Source of the DNA: Piromyces finnis finn
Lineage: Eukaryota > Fungi > Neocallimastigomycota
Direction of reading: 5' to 3'
Length of the DNA: 64,000 bases
Assembly (NCBI GenBank): GCA_002104945.1
Contig: MCFH01000038.1
Location: forward strand, 124,001-188,000
The translations under genes and the position numbers were made by a program. Below are positions 1 through 13,510 of the stretch, piece by piece (position 1 is the first letter of the stretch; each line of letters starts with the position of its first letter). Below the pieces are notes generated by a model. It was given only the letters and a program-made list of their open reading frames with translations, was not told the DNA's origin and searched no databases.

Positions 1-763
1 TGAAGCAAGTATTAATAATCAAAATATACCCCAATGGCAAAGAAATATATTAAATAGAGCAGCAGCAGCAAATAATGCAAATAATATTAATGCAGATGAT
101 AATAATAACAATAATAATCCAGTTGAAAATCTTAGAGGTATCTATTAATCAATATTAAGATATATAGGCATATAAAGTTATTAAATTACCACTATAAAAA
201 TTAATAATAAAATAATTCAAAAAAAAAAAAATTCATTTTTTAATTATATATATATAATGTCTTGTAAAATACTATCTTTATTAATAAATTATAAAAGGGG
301 AAGCAAGATTAAGACATGCTGAAGAAATTCGTCAAAGAGCATTAGCGAGAGCAGCAGCAGCTAGAGGAGGTATTAAATATTAAAAAGCAAATAATAACAA
401 TGTTAATAATATGAATTTATTAAAAAAAAAGAGAGAGAGAGATTTATATCTAATTAATATTAAAAATTAATTATTATTTATTCAATAATCTTAAATCTTA
501 ATTTGTAAATGAATGTAATATTTTATAATAAAGAGGCCATTAATAATATGGCTGATGTTTGTGATGAAAACGGAGAAATTATTGAGGGAGAAGAAGAAAA
601 TCAAAATGAAGAAGTTCATATAAAAAAAATTGGTAAAAAAAAGGCAGAACATTTACGTAGAAAAGAGCAACGCCAACAATATATGCAGTGGGTTGAAGCT
701 CAAAGACAAAACAAAAAAGAAAGAGAAAGATTAAAGGAAGAAGATGCTAGGTAATAAAAAAAT

Positions 764-805
<42 letters not shown>

Positions 806-1350
806 TAAATAATATATGGAAATAATTATAAGTGAAAATCATTTATATTTAAAAATAATATATTTTACAATAGAAAACGAAAAGCAAAAGAATTGAAAAG
901 AATAGAAAGAGAAGAAGAAAGAATGATGAAAATAAAAGAACAACAACGTAAAAAAGAAGAAGAATTAAGAAAACAACAAGAAAAGCAAAGACAAGAAGAT
1001 GAAAATCGTCGTCAACGTATGATATCTCAAACGTCAGAAATAATATCCTATTTAGAAGTAACTATTTCTTCTTTCATTTTTAATTAATATCATTATATCA
1101 ATTTTTTCTTTTATTTTTTTATTAATATATTTTATTTTACTAATAAATGTATATAAATTCTGTTCTTGTCAAATCATTAAAATCAAATATTAATAGTCAA
1201 ACAGAACTGTTAGTATAGAAGCAGTTGCCTCACATTTTGACTTAAGAGTTAATGTAAATATTATAAAAATTAGTAAAGTGTAAAATATAACTTTCTTTAA
1301 AAAAAAAAGATTCGTAATTATAAATTAATTATAAATTATATAATTATTTC

Positions 1351-1381
<31 letters not shown>

Positions 1382-1734
1382 GTTATTACATAATATATTT
1401 ATATATATATATTAATAATAAATAGGAAACTCGATCATTCATTGAGGATCTCATCAATAATGAAGATATTATTGGTACATTTGATACACAAGGAAGATTT
1501 ATAGCTATCACTAATAGCCAACTTACACAATTACAACATATTATTGAAAGTTCACCATATAATGGTCAAATAAATAATGAAGATTATATTCATATATGTC
1601 AACAGATATTACAATCATCAGAATCTGATGATATATTACTAGATAGTGATACAATAAAAAATGATAATGTTAATCTATCTGATGGTACAGTTACTCAGAG
1701 AAAAAAATGGAAAGGAAAAAGTCCTTTGGAATAA
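1..1734 (+). CDS. DDRGK1: DDRGK domain protein (UFM1-ligase adaptor DDRGK1/UFBP1-like), 5'-partial, about 7 exons in window
   Basis: GT-AG spliced exons give IGKKKAEHLRRKEQRQQYMQW, then a long E/K/R coiled coil, then TVSIEAVASHFDLRVN-ETRSFIEDLINNEDIIGTFDTQGRFIAIT. This resembles the DDRGK1 winged-helix/PCI region (GVIDDRGKFIYIT). Stop TAA at 1732-1734. Confidence 0.7.
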
Positions 1735-2375
1735 TAGTAATTATATTTCTAATATATAATAAAATGAATTTGATTCAATTTTATCATTTATAATAATATA
1801 CTGATTAAAATGAATTCAATGTTTTTTATATTATTTAAAAAATAAAATAAAATAAAATAAAAAAGAATCTATTCTTGTTAAAAAAAAATTAAAATAAAAA
1901 ATAAAAAAAACGTATATATATGTAAAATAATAAACATTCATATTTTTTTTATTTTTAATCCTATATCTTAATCATAGTTGTGTCAATACATAACAAGTAC
2001 TTTCTTTTTTAATTTCTTCATTGATCTAAATATTTTCTAATAAATAAAGTTGTGTAATTTTTTTATCAAAAATTTTTTTTATACAATATACATAATATTT
2101 AAAATGAAAATATCTTTTCTGTTAAAAAAAAAAAAAAAAAGTAAAAATATTATCTTATTATTCTATAAATAAAAATATTAGATTCATATTGTATCTTTTC
2201 TAAAATAAATATATTTACAGAACCAATTTAAAAAAAATATATATATATATAAAGTAATTATTATTTATATTATTATTATATTTATAAATGTTTTCCTAAA
2301 ATTTATTTAAAATATTTCTAATTATTATTACAATAAAAATTCATTTCAAAATTCAAAAAAAAGAAAAAAAAAAAA

Positions 2376-3837
2376 ATGTTTTTTTATTTAGCTTTGATTA
2401 CTTGCGTTATTGCATTTACTATAAACTTCGTTTTAAAGGGAAAACCAAATATTATTGATGATGAAAAAGTTTTAATTTTAGGTGCTTCTAGGTATTTAAT
2501 ATATTATTTAAACTATTTTTTTTTTTAAATATATATATATATAGCATTGCAATTATCAAAAATATTAAATTAGAAAATTACTCAAAGAAAAACACCTTTT
2601 TAATAATATATATAAAGCACAATTGCAATTCAATTAATATTAACAAAGAATAAAATTTATTAAGTATAATAACCAATTTTTTATAATTTTAAATATATAT
2701 ATATAAAAGTGGCATTGGTAAGCAAATTGCTTTACAATATGCTTCTCGTAATGCTAATATTATTTTAGCTGCTAGAAGAACTGAACTATTGGAACAAGTT
2801 AAAAAAGAATGTCTTGCTTTAGAAAAAACTAAAGTAGTTGAAGTCATTAAATGTGATATTACTAATGAAGATGATTTAATAGCTGTAGTTGAAAAGGTCA
2901 AAAAAGTTTTTGGAAAACTTAATACAGTCATTGTCAATGCTGGTATTTATTTATTGTTTGTTTATAGTCATTTAAAATACTAATTAAATGAATTTAGAAA
3001 TTTAAAAATTATATATATATTATTAATTTCAATATTAAATATATAATAAACTTTTTTAATATATATATGTAAACCTATATTTTTATTTATCATAAAGGTG
3101 TTATTAATGTTCTTTCTTTTGAAGATTTACTCAATAATGACAAAGGAATTCAAGGAAAAGACAGTGATTCCTCAAAAGCTATTGATAAAATATTTAAAAT
3201 TAATACCTATGGTTTGTAAAAAAAAATTTTTTTTTTTTTGAATCTTAATAATAATTCTAAAATTAACAAACTATGAAATATATATATATATATATTTTTT
3301 TTACAAGGTCCAATTTATGCTGCAAAATACTTTATTCCTCTTTTAAAAGAAACTCAAGGAAGATTTGTTGTTGTTTCATCTTTAGCTGCTTTAATTGCTG
3401 CTCCAACTCGTGCATTATATGCTTCTTCAAAACATGCTTTAATGGTAAATATATTTAAAAAAAAAGTGATTAAAATTATTTTATTTTTTAGCCAGAAAAA
3501 AAATAATTTTTTAAAATTTAAAATATATATATATTTTATTCAAATAGGGTTTCTTTAATTCATTAAGAATGGAACTTGCTGATACTGGTGTCTCTATTAC
3601 TTTAGTTTGTCCAGGCTCTGTATCTGATACTGATCTTCGTTCTTCTGCTATTGATAAGGCTTCTTCATCTGCAACTGATAATGCAACACCAGTTACTATT
3701 TCAGAAGATAAACCAAAGAAAGAAAAGAAATCATTATTCTCATTCCTCAAAATTACACCAGCTCAATGTGCTAAAGCTATAATTGAAGCTTCTGACTGTA
3801 AGAAAAAAAAAAAATTTTTTTTTATTTATATAGTATT

Positions 3838-3872
<35 letters not shown>

Positions 3873-4073
3873 AAATTTAATAAATATATATATATTATAT
3901 ATTATCTAATTCGAATCTTTTATAATTTAATGAATATATTTTTTTTTTTGTATGTAGGGAGAACAAAAGAAGTTGTTGTTCCAAGAGTATATAAGGTTGC
4001 TGTCTTAGCCAATTCTCTTGCTCCTTCACTTATTGAACTTGGTGCAAAATTAAAGTATCATTTTAAAAAATAA
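2376..4073 (+). CDS. Membrane-anchored short-chain dehydrogenase/reductase (11beta-HSD1/DHRS7-like), 6 exons
   Basis: N-terminal hydrophobic anchor, LILGASS/GIGKQIA (Rossmann GxxxGxG split by intron 1), VIVNAG, and YASSKHA (YxxxK). All introns are GT-AG. Confidence 0.9.
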
Positions 4074-6139
4074 ATGATTGTAATAGACAAAAAACAAAAA
4101 ACAAAAACCAAAAAACAAACAAGCAAACAAACAAAAAATAAATAAAAGATAATAGCATTTAAAAATTTCATCTATAAAAATAATAAATTAATTATTGATG
4201 GAAATAAGAAATTTTAGGATTAAATATAGCAACTCTATAATAATGCTCTATAGAAATATGAAAATATAATAATTAATGTTATTATTTTCATTACCAATAT
4301 TTATATTTTACTGATTATTATTATTTTTTTTTTATGAAACATTATTTTAGTATGATTATCAAGAATCTTTAAAAAGATACTTATTTTCACACTTTTATAC
4401 TTAACATTATTGTTAACTGTTAATAAAAATTAATATTAAAAAGTTAATATGTGATAGACATAATAATTAAGTATAGATAGACCTTATAGTAACTATTAAT
4501 AAGTTTAGTAAATGAAATGTTTTTCGTATTTCCATTTTTACTCTTTGAAGTTAAAATAGTATTAATTGAATGTTTGGTAAATAATATATACTATACATAT
4601 ATTATTATACTTATTAACAATATTTCATATATAAAATAATAAAGAACATTGTATATTGATTTCAATTAAGAATATTTATTTAGATTATAGATTATAATAA
4701 GAATATATAATATTAGAACACAAAGTACTCGTAGAAAAAGAATTATGTAAACCTATTTGTAAAAAAAATAAGTCAAGTTTGAATTTAGATTACAAGGATT
4801 ACAAATATATATTAACTTTGCCTTAATAATAATTGTATTTAAATCTTTAACTCGAGATTCTAATGTACACTTGATTCGGTTAAATGAGATGTACAAATTT
4901 GAAAGATATTAGTAACAATAACATTAAAAATTGATAAAATTACTTTTTATTCTCATTCCTCTTTATATTTTACTCTATATCTATATCTATATAGTTATTT
5001 TCACCTTTTAAAATGCTTCCTGATAATAATTTTGTAACAAACCTTGATAATTATTAAATTTTTTTATTATTTAGAATAACAACGTATATAAATATAATTT
5101 TGATATAAAGCCACAACATTTATTATTAATTAAAATCATTGTAATTTCTTTTTTTATTAAAAATAAATAATAAAAACAGAGCATATTATTATATTAAAAA
5201 AAAAAAAAAAAACCTTTTTATAGTTTAAACAACGATTTAAATTAAATTAGTACAATATATTCATTATTTATTTATAATAATACTTAATATTTAGCCACAA
5301 CAATATCCTACCAAATATTATTCTTAATTTTAAAGATATTTTTAATATATATGTTTCACTTATTATCCACTTATTTTGTAGAAATATTATTGGATTAAAT
5401 AAATTAAAAAAAAAAAAAAGTTGATTTGATTTTTATTAAACTCAACACTTTATTTTTTGAAAATAAAAAAAAAAAATATATAAAAAGAATGAATAGAATT
5501 TTCTTTTCTTTAATATGATCTTTAGTTAATAAATATTTAAAATCGATAATAAAAACAATATTCACCTTTTTTTTTTTTAAAAGGTGAAATATTAAGCTCT
5601 ACTTTTAATAATGTTAATTTTTTTTTTTTTTTTTGAATATCAATTTATATAAATTTAATAGTTTACTTTTCATTCATACACAAACCTTGATAAAAAGTTT
5701 AAACTTTTTTTTTAATATGGAAAAAGTTTTATTATTATTGAATTTTATAAACTATTTTAAATATTATGATTTTAAAATTTATTTTTTTTAGTTATTAATA
5801 ATTTTTAGATTAAGATAATGAATGTTTGATAATTTTTTTTTTTTTTTTTTGATAGTTTTAACTACATTTCAGAGAGTTAATATATACTATGATATTTTTT
5901 CATTATGCAATTTTATAATACAAATAACATTATTAAATTATTATTATTACTGTTATTATTGTTTTTGTTTTTTTTAATAATATCATTTTCTTTATTAGTG
6001 TTTTTTTTTGTTTTGTTTTTGTTTTAAAATAATGATAAAATAATGATAATAATAATAAAATTATTCTTTTGAAAAAACAAATAAAAAAATATTTAGATAG
6101 TCTTGGCTCTTGCATAATATAACTATTATTATTGTTGAT

Positions 6140-9100
6140 TTAGTAACGATAATATTTAATAGAACTGGTGAGTTGGGGAACATCAGCATTTTGTTTTTGA
6201 CGATTAGAAATGTTTTTCATGAGTTGCATAAAAAGTTTATTAGAACTAGCATAATATACAAAATCATGTTTTTTATTATCTTTAATATGGGTATCAGCAT
6301 TTTTAAGAATTAATAATTTTATCACTTGTTGATATCTTTCTATACGATGTCCATCCTCTATTTTGTTCATAATCTTTATAGCTTTCACAAGTGCTGTTTC
6401 TAAATGATTATTCTGAATATTACAATTAGCATGAAGATAAAGAAGGGATTTTACAATTTTTGGTTGGCCACTACGTGAGGCAATAATTAAAGCAGTATCA
6501 CCGTCATTATTAGTTTCATCTAAAGAAATAAAACTGTAGGGAAGAATAAGATCTTCGCATTGACGCATATTTAATTTGTTCTTTTTTCGAAGTGAAAGCG
6601 CCTTCACAATATTACGATTTGTGACATAAATACTAGAAAATTCTAATAATAATTGTGCCATATCTTCATGATGTGATAAACTAGATACCCACATTAATGC
6701 AGTATTGCCTTCTCCATTTTTCAAATTAATATCTGCATGATGGAATAAAAGTTGACGAACAATATCTTGATGATTATTAAAAGCTGAAATATGAAGAGCT
6801 GAATTACCTGCATTATTTCTAATATTAACATTTAAAGATTGGTTATTAAGAAATTCTTGAACAATGTCTGTGTATTCATATTTTTTCTGACATAGATATA
6901 TGAGTGCTGTATTTCCATTACGATCTTGTATATCCATATCAAGAGGTTGTTTTATAAGAATACGAATAATTTCTTCGTTAACGTGACGACAAGCAATAAT
7001 TAATGCTGTTTCACCTCTATTATTTTTGATATCTGTATTAGCACAATAACGCAAAAGTAATTGTATTGCCCTAACACAGCCATAACGAGAGGCTATAGTT
7101 AATGCAGTATCACCATTCTTATCTTGACGATTAACTCGAGCACGATTCTCCAATAACAAACGAATAATATCTATATTATCATTTTTGCAGGCTAACATTA
7201 ATGCGGTTAAACCATTATTATCTTGAAAATTAATATTAGAATGATATTCTAAAAGCTGCTTTACAATACCATCTTCTTGTTTTTCACATGAATACATTAA
7301 TGCTGTTTTACCGAGATAATCTCTGGTATTAACGCTCGTACCATATTTTAATAAAATTGGGACAACTTGTCTTAATTTATAAATACAAGCAATTATTAAT
7401 GAAGTACGACCATCTAAATCTTGAATATTAGGATCAGCATCATTCCAGAGAAGAGTTTCTAACATTGTTAAATACTTTGATGCTTTTTGACGAGTTGACT
7501 CGGTACCTGGTTGATCATTTTCATTTATTAGACCTTTATGGAAAGGAATATGTGATATAGTATTACGTTTTTGTCGATTAAGATCACTAGATAAAGTGCC
7601 AGTACCAGATGTGAAACCATTATATCCTGTAAATCCAACAATCTGGGATTGTTTTCTACTTTCCCTTATACCATTATATAATCTATTCGCTGGTGAGTAT
7701 CCAATTCTATTATATGGAGAAAATGGATGATAAGCTATATAACGGTTTTTGATTCGATTTGCATCTAATGTACTTAGCGTTTCAGATCGAGAAGGTTTTC
7801 TTAGCATAGTATCAATAGAAAAACTATCATATGGTATAATACTTTCGGAAAAGGATATATTATCAATTTCGTTTAAATTAATATTACTTTTGCTATAAAA
7901 ATCTCTTGTATAAAAGTCTCTCTTATTTTGGCTTTTCATTTCTAAGGGAAGACTTTCAAATTCAGAATAAGAACTTGAAAATGAATATGATTCGGAATCC
8001 GAGTAATAACTACTTCTTGTTTGAAAAGATTTTTTATCATCTTCATCATCAGATAATATAATAACATTAATATTATGACTATTATCTTCAAATGATTGTG
8101 ATTGAGGAAAATTATTTTTATCATTTACATTAGTAAATGGTTTCGTATCTGAAGTAATGTCAGAATTATTTTTATTATTATAATTTTCTGAATTTAAACC
8201 TGCATCTGAATGAGAAGTAGAATTCACTTCATTATTCATATAAGTAGTTGTGATAGTATTTATAGCATTACTATCATTAGTATTTGTGTTCGTGATAGAA
8301 TTAATTCTGGTGTTAGTATTTGTGTCGTTGTCAATGTTTACATCATTAATATTATTATTAATGTCGTTATTTTTTATGTTATTACTGGTATTTATATTAG
8401 GGTTATTATTATTATACGAATTTACATTTAATTCTTTGTTATCACTTGACTTACTTCTAGTAAATGTAAACTTACGTTGTAATTTTTTACTAAGATCACG
8501 CTTTGATATACCAACAGCATGAATACCTGGTGAAAATGTGAATTTGTGTTTAAGTTTTTTTTCACTTATTGAATCATTATTATTATTTGTAACAACTTCA
8601 ATGTTAGCGACAGTAGGAGTCCCTGATAATCTATTTGCATTAAATATATTATCATTTTTTTCGTTTGGTGAACCAACGTCTCTTAAGGTTATAGAACTAA
8701 CACTTGAACTTGAAAGAAGTGATGATGATGAACTACTTTTATTAATTTTTGTTTCTTTTATTCCTTTACCAATTTCTTTATTACAGTTTTTGTTGAACTC
8801 CTCTTCTAATGATGACTCGATTTCTAATGAACTGAACGAAATACTTTTAGATACCAGAAAATTTTTACGATTATTTGTTTCCGTTGCTGTTATTTTTGTT
8901 GTATTATCACTTTCATATGTATTACTATAACTACTACTACTATTAATATTACTATCATACTTCTTTTTAAGATTATTATTTGAAATATTTTTTCTTTTAA
9001 TAGTATTATTGGCTTCTAAATTATTGTTTTCATCTGAACAAGATAATGATTCTACTAATTTTATTACCGATTTTGAATTTGAAATTATATTTGATTTTGA

Positions 9101-10069
9101 TTCGTCAACATTGGTAGTACCTATCGTTTTATTTTTTAATTCCTCTGATTTTAAACTTATAATTTCATTATTTTCTGAATTTAAATTAGAATTGGTATTT
9201 TTTATGCTATTGTTTGAGGAATTTGAATTTGAATCTACATTTATAATTTCAGTTTCTTGTGAATTTAGATTGGATATTGGTATTTCAGTATTCTCTAGCG
9301 AATTTAAACATTCTTTTTTGTTACTTTCACTAGATTTATTGTTACTATTATTTTCATTTAATATTTCGTTCATAAGTTCATTAACATTAACATGGTTAAA
9401 TGAAATAGATAAGCTATCTAAATAATCTTCATCAACTTCTAATGAACCAGAATCGCCATTTTCAACCCAACTAAAATCACTACTTAAACTTATATCATTA
9501 AATAGACTTTCATCTTTCAATGTTTTCTTTTTTTGTATTTTTGATAGTATTTTATCTTCATTTGATTTTTTATTATTACTAGATTTACTTCGAGGTGCTG
9601 GTTCATTATCATCGGATGAAAAACTATCATCACCATTTATTGAAGAAGCGGTAGCAAACTTAATAATACTTTCATTTAAAACTTCATTGGGTATAGTATA
9701 TTTTTTAATAAGTTCAATAATTCTTATTAATGGAGTTTTACCGTATTTATCTTGTTCATTTACATTTATTTTATTTTCTATCAAAAGTTGTATTATATCT
9801 AAATTATATTTCTGTATAGCTAAATGTAAAGCACTTTCATTTTCTTTTGTTTTATAATTAATATTTAGTTTATTGTTTAGTAATAACCTTATAATTTCTT
9901 CTCTATTTCCTAATTTAATTGCTAATAAAAGTGGAGTATAACTATTCCTATTTTTATAATTTAAATTTATTGATTTTTTTGAATTTAATAAATGATTAAC
10001 ATATTCAATATTATTTTCTTCTACCGCTTGAATTAAACGTTTTTCTCTTGTATTGATAAACAAAGACAT
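6140..10069 (-). CDS. Intronless 1309-aa ankyrin-repeat protein (N-terminal and C-terminal ANK blocks separated by an S/N-rich linker)
   Basis: Single long ORF with many ANK consensus matches (YTPLLLAIKLG, GRTSLIIAC, GLTALMLAC, GDTALTIASRYG, GNSALHISAFNNH). Confidence 0.9.
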   Translation of the reverse strand: MSLFINTREKRLIQAVEENNIEYVNHLLNSKKSINLNYKNRNSYTPLLLAIKLGNREEIIRLLLNNKLNINYKTKENESALHLAIQKYNLDIIQLLIENKINVNEQDKYGKTPLIRIIELIKKYTIPNEVLNESIIKFATASSINGDDSFSSDDNEPAPRSKSSNNKKSNEDKILSKIQKKKTLKDESLFNDISLSSDFSWVENGDSGSLEVDEDYLDSLSISFNHVNVNELMNEILNENNSNNKSSESNKKECLNSLENTEIPISNLNSQETEIINVDSNSNSSNNSIKNTNSNLNSENNEIISLKSEELKNKTIGTTNVDESKSNIISNSKSVIKLVESLSCSDENNNLEANNTIKRKNISNNNLKKKYDSNINSSSSYSNTYESDNTTKITATETNNRKNFLVSKSISFSSLEIESSLEEEFNKNCNKEIGKGIKETKINKSSSSSSLLSSSSVSSITLRDVGSPNEKNDNIFNANRLSGTPTVANIEVVTNNNNDSISEKKLKHKFTFSPGIHAVGISKRDLSKKLQRKFTFTRSKSSDNKELNVNSYNNNNPNINTSNNIKNNDINNNINDVNIDNDTNTNTRINSITNTNTNDSNAINTITTTYMNNEVNSTSHSDAGLNSENYNNKNNSDITSDTKPFTNVNDKNNFPQSQSFEDNSHNINVIILSDDEDDKKSFQTRSSYYSDSESYSFSSSYSEFESLPLEMKSQNKRDFYTRDFYSKSNINLNEIDNISFSESIIPYDSFSIDTMLRKPSRSETLSTLDANRIKNRYIAYHPFSPYNRIGYSPANRLYNGIRESRKQSQIVGFTGYNGFTSGTGTLSSDLNRQKRNTISHIPFHKGLINENDQPGTESTRQKASKYLTMLETLLWNDADPNIQDLDGRTSLIIACIYKLRQVVPILLKYGTSVNTRDYLGKTALMYSCEKQEDGIVKQLLEYHSNINFQDNNGLTALMLACKNDNIDIIRLLLENRARVNRQDKNGDTALTIASRYGCVRAIQLLLRYCANTDIKNNRGETALIIACRHVNEEIIRILIKQPLDMDIQDRNGNTALIYLCQKKYEYTDIVQEFLNNQSLNVNIRNNAGNSALHISAFNNHQDIVRQLLFHHADINLKNGEGNTALMWVSSLSHHEDMAQLLLEFSSIYVTNRNIVKALSLRKKNKLNMRQCEDLILPYSFISLDETNNDGDTALIIASRSGQPKIVKSLLYLHANCNIQNNHLETALVKAIKIMNKIEDGHRIERYQQVIKLLILKNADTHIKDNKKHDFVYYASSNKLFMQLMKNISNRQKQNADVPQLTSSIKYYRY

Positions 10070-10291
10070 TTTATTTTATATATATCTTGATTATATTAAT
10101 TAGTAAAAAAGTATCCGTTAAAGAATATGCATTTATGTAAATATATTGATTAAGAACTGTTTATTAATAATTATTGTGAATAGATGAATAATTTACTTTT
10201 CAGTTGTTATTTTAAAGTTTACTTTCATCTGATAGCAGCAAAAGTAAATATAAGAAATATTATGAGGAGTTAAAAAAGAGTTTTTAAGTGT

Positions 10292-10330
<39 letters not shown>

Positions 10331-11150
10331 TATAATTTACTTGATTTAATTTTATAATTACAATGTTCTTAAAAAGAAAATAATATATATTAATTGTTAT
10401 TTAAACAATAATATGAAATATTTTAAAGGTACTTTTAAATTAAAGTTTAATATTGAATAAAATATGATTATTAAAAAATTGAAAATATTGTCTGTTGAAA
10501 ATTGATTTTATATTGAGCTTTAAGTATATTTTTTTTTTAAATAAATACATAAATAATAGAGAAACTATATATAAATTAATAATAAAAATCTACATTTTAA
10601 ATCTATTTTGTTTTATAAAAGTCAGTCTTTTTAATAAATATTTACATAATAAAATATAGAATTATACTATTTTTTTTTTTTTTTTTTAATAAAATATAAA
10701 AAAATATAAAAAATAGATATAAATAATAAAAAAGTTTTTTTTTTTAATAAAACTTTCTACTCCTAAATAATTTAATAAAATAAATAATACAAAGTTTTTA
10801 ATAAAAATATAAAATAAATCATCAGTCCATTTATTATTAATTGATATTATTCATATATTGTTGAATAACAAAAAAAAAAAGATTTAGAAAAATTTTAACA
10901 AAATAAAATAAAAAAAAAAAATTACATTTTATTTTATGCAGATATTTTAATATAAATTGGTGTATAGTATAATATATAATAATTTATTGCTTGTATATAT
11001 TAATTTATATTAAAAAACTACTAGATAAATAATATTTTTTAATTACGCTATATTAATTATATTGTTTTAGAATACTATATATTAAAGGTTACACGATACA
11101 ATGACAAAAAAAAAAGGTAAATCTAATAGGTAATATAAATAAATAAATGA

Positions 11151-11252
11151 ATGGATAGATAAATAACTAAATTATTAAATAAATAAATAAATAAATGGAT
11201 AGATAAATAACTAAATTATTAAATAAATAAATAAATGGATAGATAAATAAAC
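11151..11252. repeat. Minisatellite, ~40-44 bp unit x ~2.4
   Basis: ATGGATAGATAAATAACT starts at 11151, 11195 and 11235, separated by AAATTATT(AAAT)n. Confidence 0.85.
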
Positions 11253-13510
11253 TTTAAGATAGTAAATGTTCAACTATTCCTTTAATATAAAGAATAGCGT
11301 TTTAAAAGAAAGATATGAGAAAATAAACATGAAAAAGATTAAAGTCATAGCTTTATTTTATCTTTTGCTTTAGTATCAAAAAGATGTTTTATATTAAATT
11401 AAAAAAATATATAAAGTCAACTTGTTATATTTCCATAACCCTTAAATATGAATGAAAATTATAATTAAAATATTTAATTAAAAAAAAATAAGCTATTAAT
11501 AAAAAATTTTGAATATATTAATTTTGATATTAAGAGTTTGAAAGGTCTGAAAACAAAACGAAACGAAACGAAACACGGAATGGAAATGGAAATTGAAATG
11601 GTATTATTATATACACAAAATCAAGGATAAATTGTTATTGTTTGTTGAGTAGTATAAATAATAAAAATAGTCATTATTACTTAATATATAATTCCTTTTA
11701 ATGGAAAAATAACATATCTATTGGTATCATTACTACAGGATAAATAAATAATTATGCATTTAAAATAAATCATTTAATTTTATCTTTATTTTAATATTAA
11801 CACCTTACTTTTATAATATAAAAAATTGACTTTTTTTTTTTAAAAAAAAAAAAAAAAAACCTTAATGGTATTGATAAATAATTAAAAGAATGAACTATTT
11901 CATTTCTTATATTAATAATTAAATAGAAATAGATAAAATATTTAAATAAATATAATAAATGAGAATTTAAATGGATAGTATTAATATTGTATTTGATTTT
12001 TAATTAAATATTTACATTAGTAAATAAATCCTCTTAATAATCAATCATTTTTAATATTATTAGGTATATTTAGGACAAGAAAATTGAATCTAAACATATA
12101 GGATTATTATTGTATAATCATTAATCCTGTATAGTATTTATTATATAGTGATTATTTTATATCAATTAAAAGACTTTTGATATTATTTTTACTGTGACTT
12201 ATAAAGTTCATTGAAATTAAATGAATCTCGGATATTATTATACTATTTTGCTCTATAGACTAGAATACTCACACGAAATATATATATGAATAAATTTAAA
12301 AGGATTTTGAATTATAATTTCAAATACTACCTCATTTATTAATCAACTGAAAGAATTGATATATTCCCCCTAATAGGAAGAGGAAGACTAGAATGTTAAT
12401 AGAAAAACGTTCATTACCTATATCTTTTCTACACTATTATACTATCTATGTTTGTTTAAAAAAAAAAAAGCACCAAAGACATTTATACATTATAATGGGG
12501 AAAACAAATAGTATAAGTCTATGTGGAATTATTATTGTAGGAAATTAATTCCATAATAAAAATATATACTACAAACTAAATTTCTTTTATAAATTAATTT
12601 TAATATATTTTAAAAATTTAAATGAATATAAAATATTAACTAGATTACTCTATATAAATATATTTAGTCTATAAGTATAGAATAGTTAATAATAATAATA
12701 ATCCTTTATCTTTTCCTTATTAATTATGTATATAATTGTTTATGATACATATTATTTTATTGTTATAAAAGTATGATGGTTATTAATATTTTCTTTCAAA
12801 TTTCTTTTTTTTTTATTTTTATTATTATTGATATTATTGTGATCGTTATTATAACTATGTTAGCGATGATGAAGGTAATGTTATCCTACGTTTCCTACTA
12901 GAACTACTAATACAATATAATTACAGTTTTTTTTTTTTTTTTTTTTCCTTTTATACATCCTTTATTATTATTATTTATTATTTATTATTTTGATAAAGAA
13001 AGAATGGCTTTTTTATTGATAAATACCAAAATCAACCCACATAAAACAACTAACTACTAAAAATGAACTAAAAATGTAAAAGTCATTTTATATATATTTT
13101 TAAATTGCTTAAAATCTTGAAAATATAAAAAAAAAAAAAATACAATAAAAAACCGCCTTAAAATGAATATTATGTATTAAAAAATTATTATATATATAGA
13201 TTATGAAATTTTTATTATTTTTTTTTTTTTTATAAAAAATAGTGGATTAAAATAATTATAAATAAAAAATTTTTAAAAAAAAAATGATTTTTTAAAAAAT
13301 ATTAAATTTTAAAAAATATTTATCATTTATTATGTGGAAATAATTACATGACTATAGGTTTTAAGTTTTATTGAAATTAAACAGATTCTCTATATGTATA
13401 TGTTTATATATATGCTTTTTTTTTTTTAAATCGTTTTTCATTTTCCATTTTTAAACTAATTTAAAACTATTTAAAAAAAAAAATTTTTTTTTAATAGAAT
13501 TTTATTTGCT

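Noticed and set aside
5561-5588. 10-bp inverted repeat TTCACCTTTT...AAAAGGTGAA
   Set aside because: Short and largely homopolymer-driven; expected by chance at this AT content.
7942-9425. Overlapping ORFs of 60-138 aa on both strands of the ankyrin gene
   Set aside because: Shadow frames of S/N/D-rich low-complexity coding sequence; no independent motifs.
12311-12555. ~80-codon open frame in the 10-13.5 kb spacer
   Set aside because: No early ATG, no recognisable motif and it crosses a poly(A) run; not supportable as coding.
12860-12910. Possible C/D snoRNA (ATGATGA box)
   Set aside because: No matching D box (CTGA) or terminal stem nearby. The same applies to the TGATGA at ~24963.
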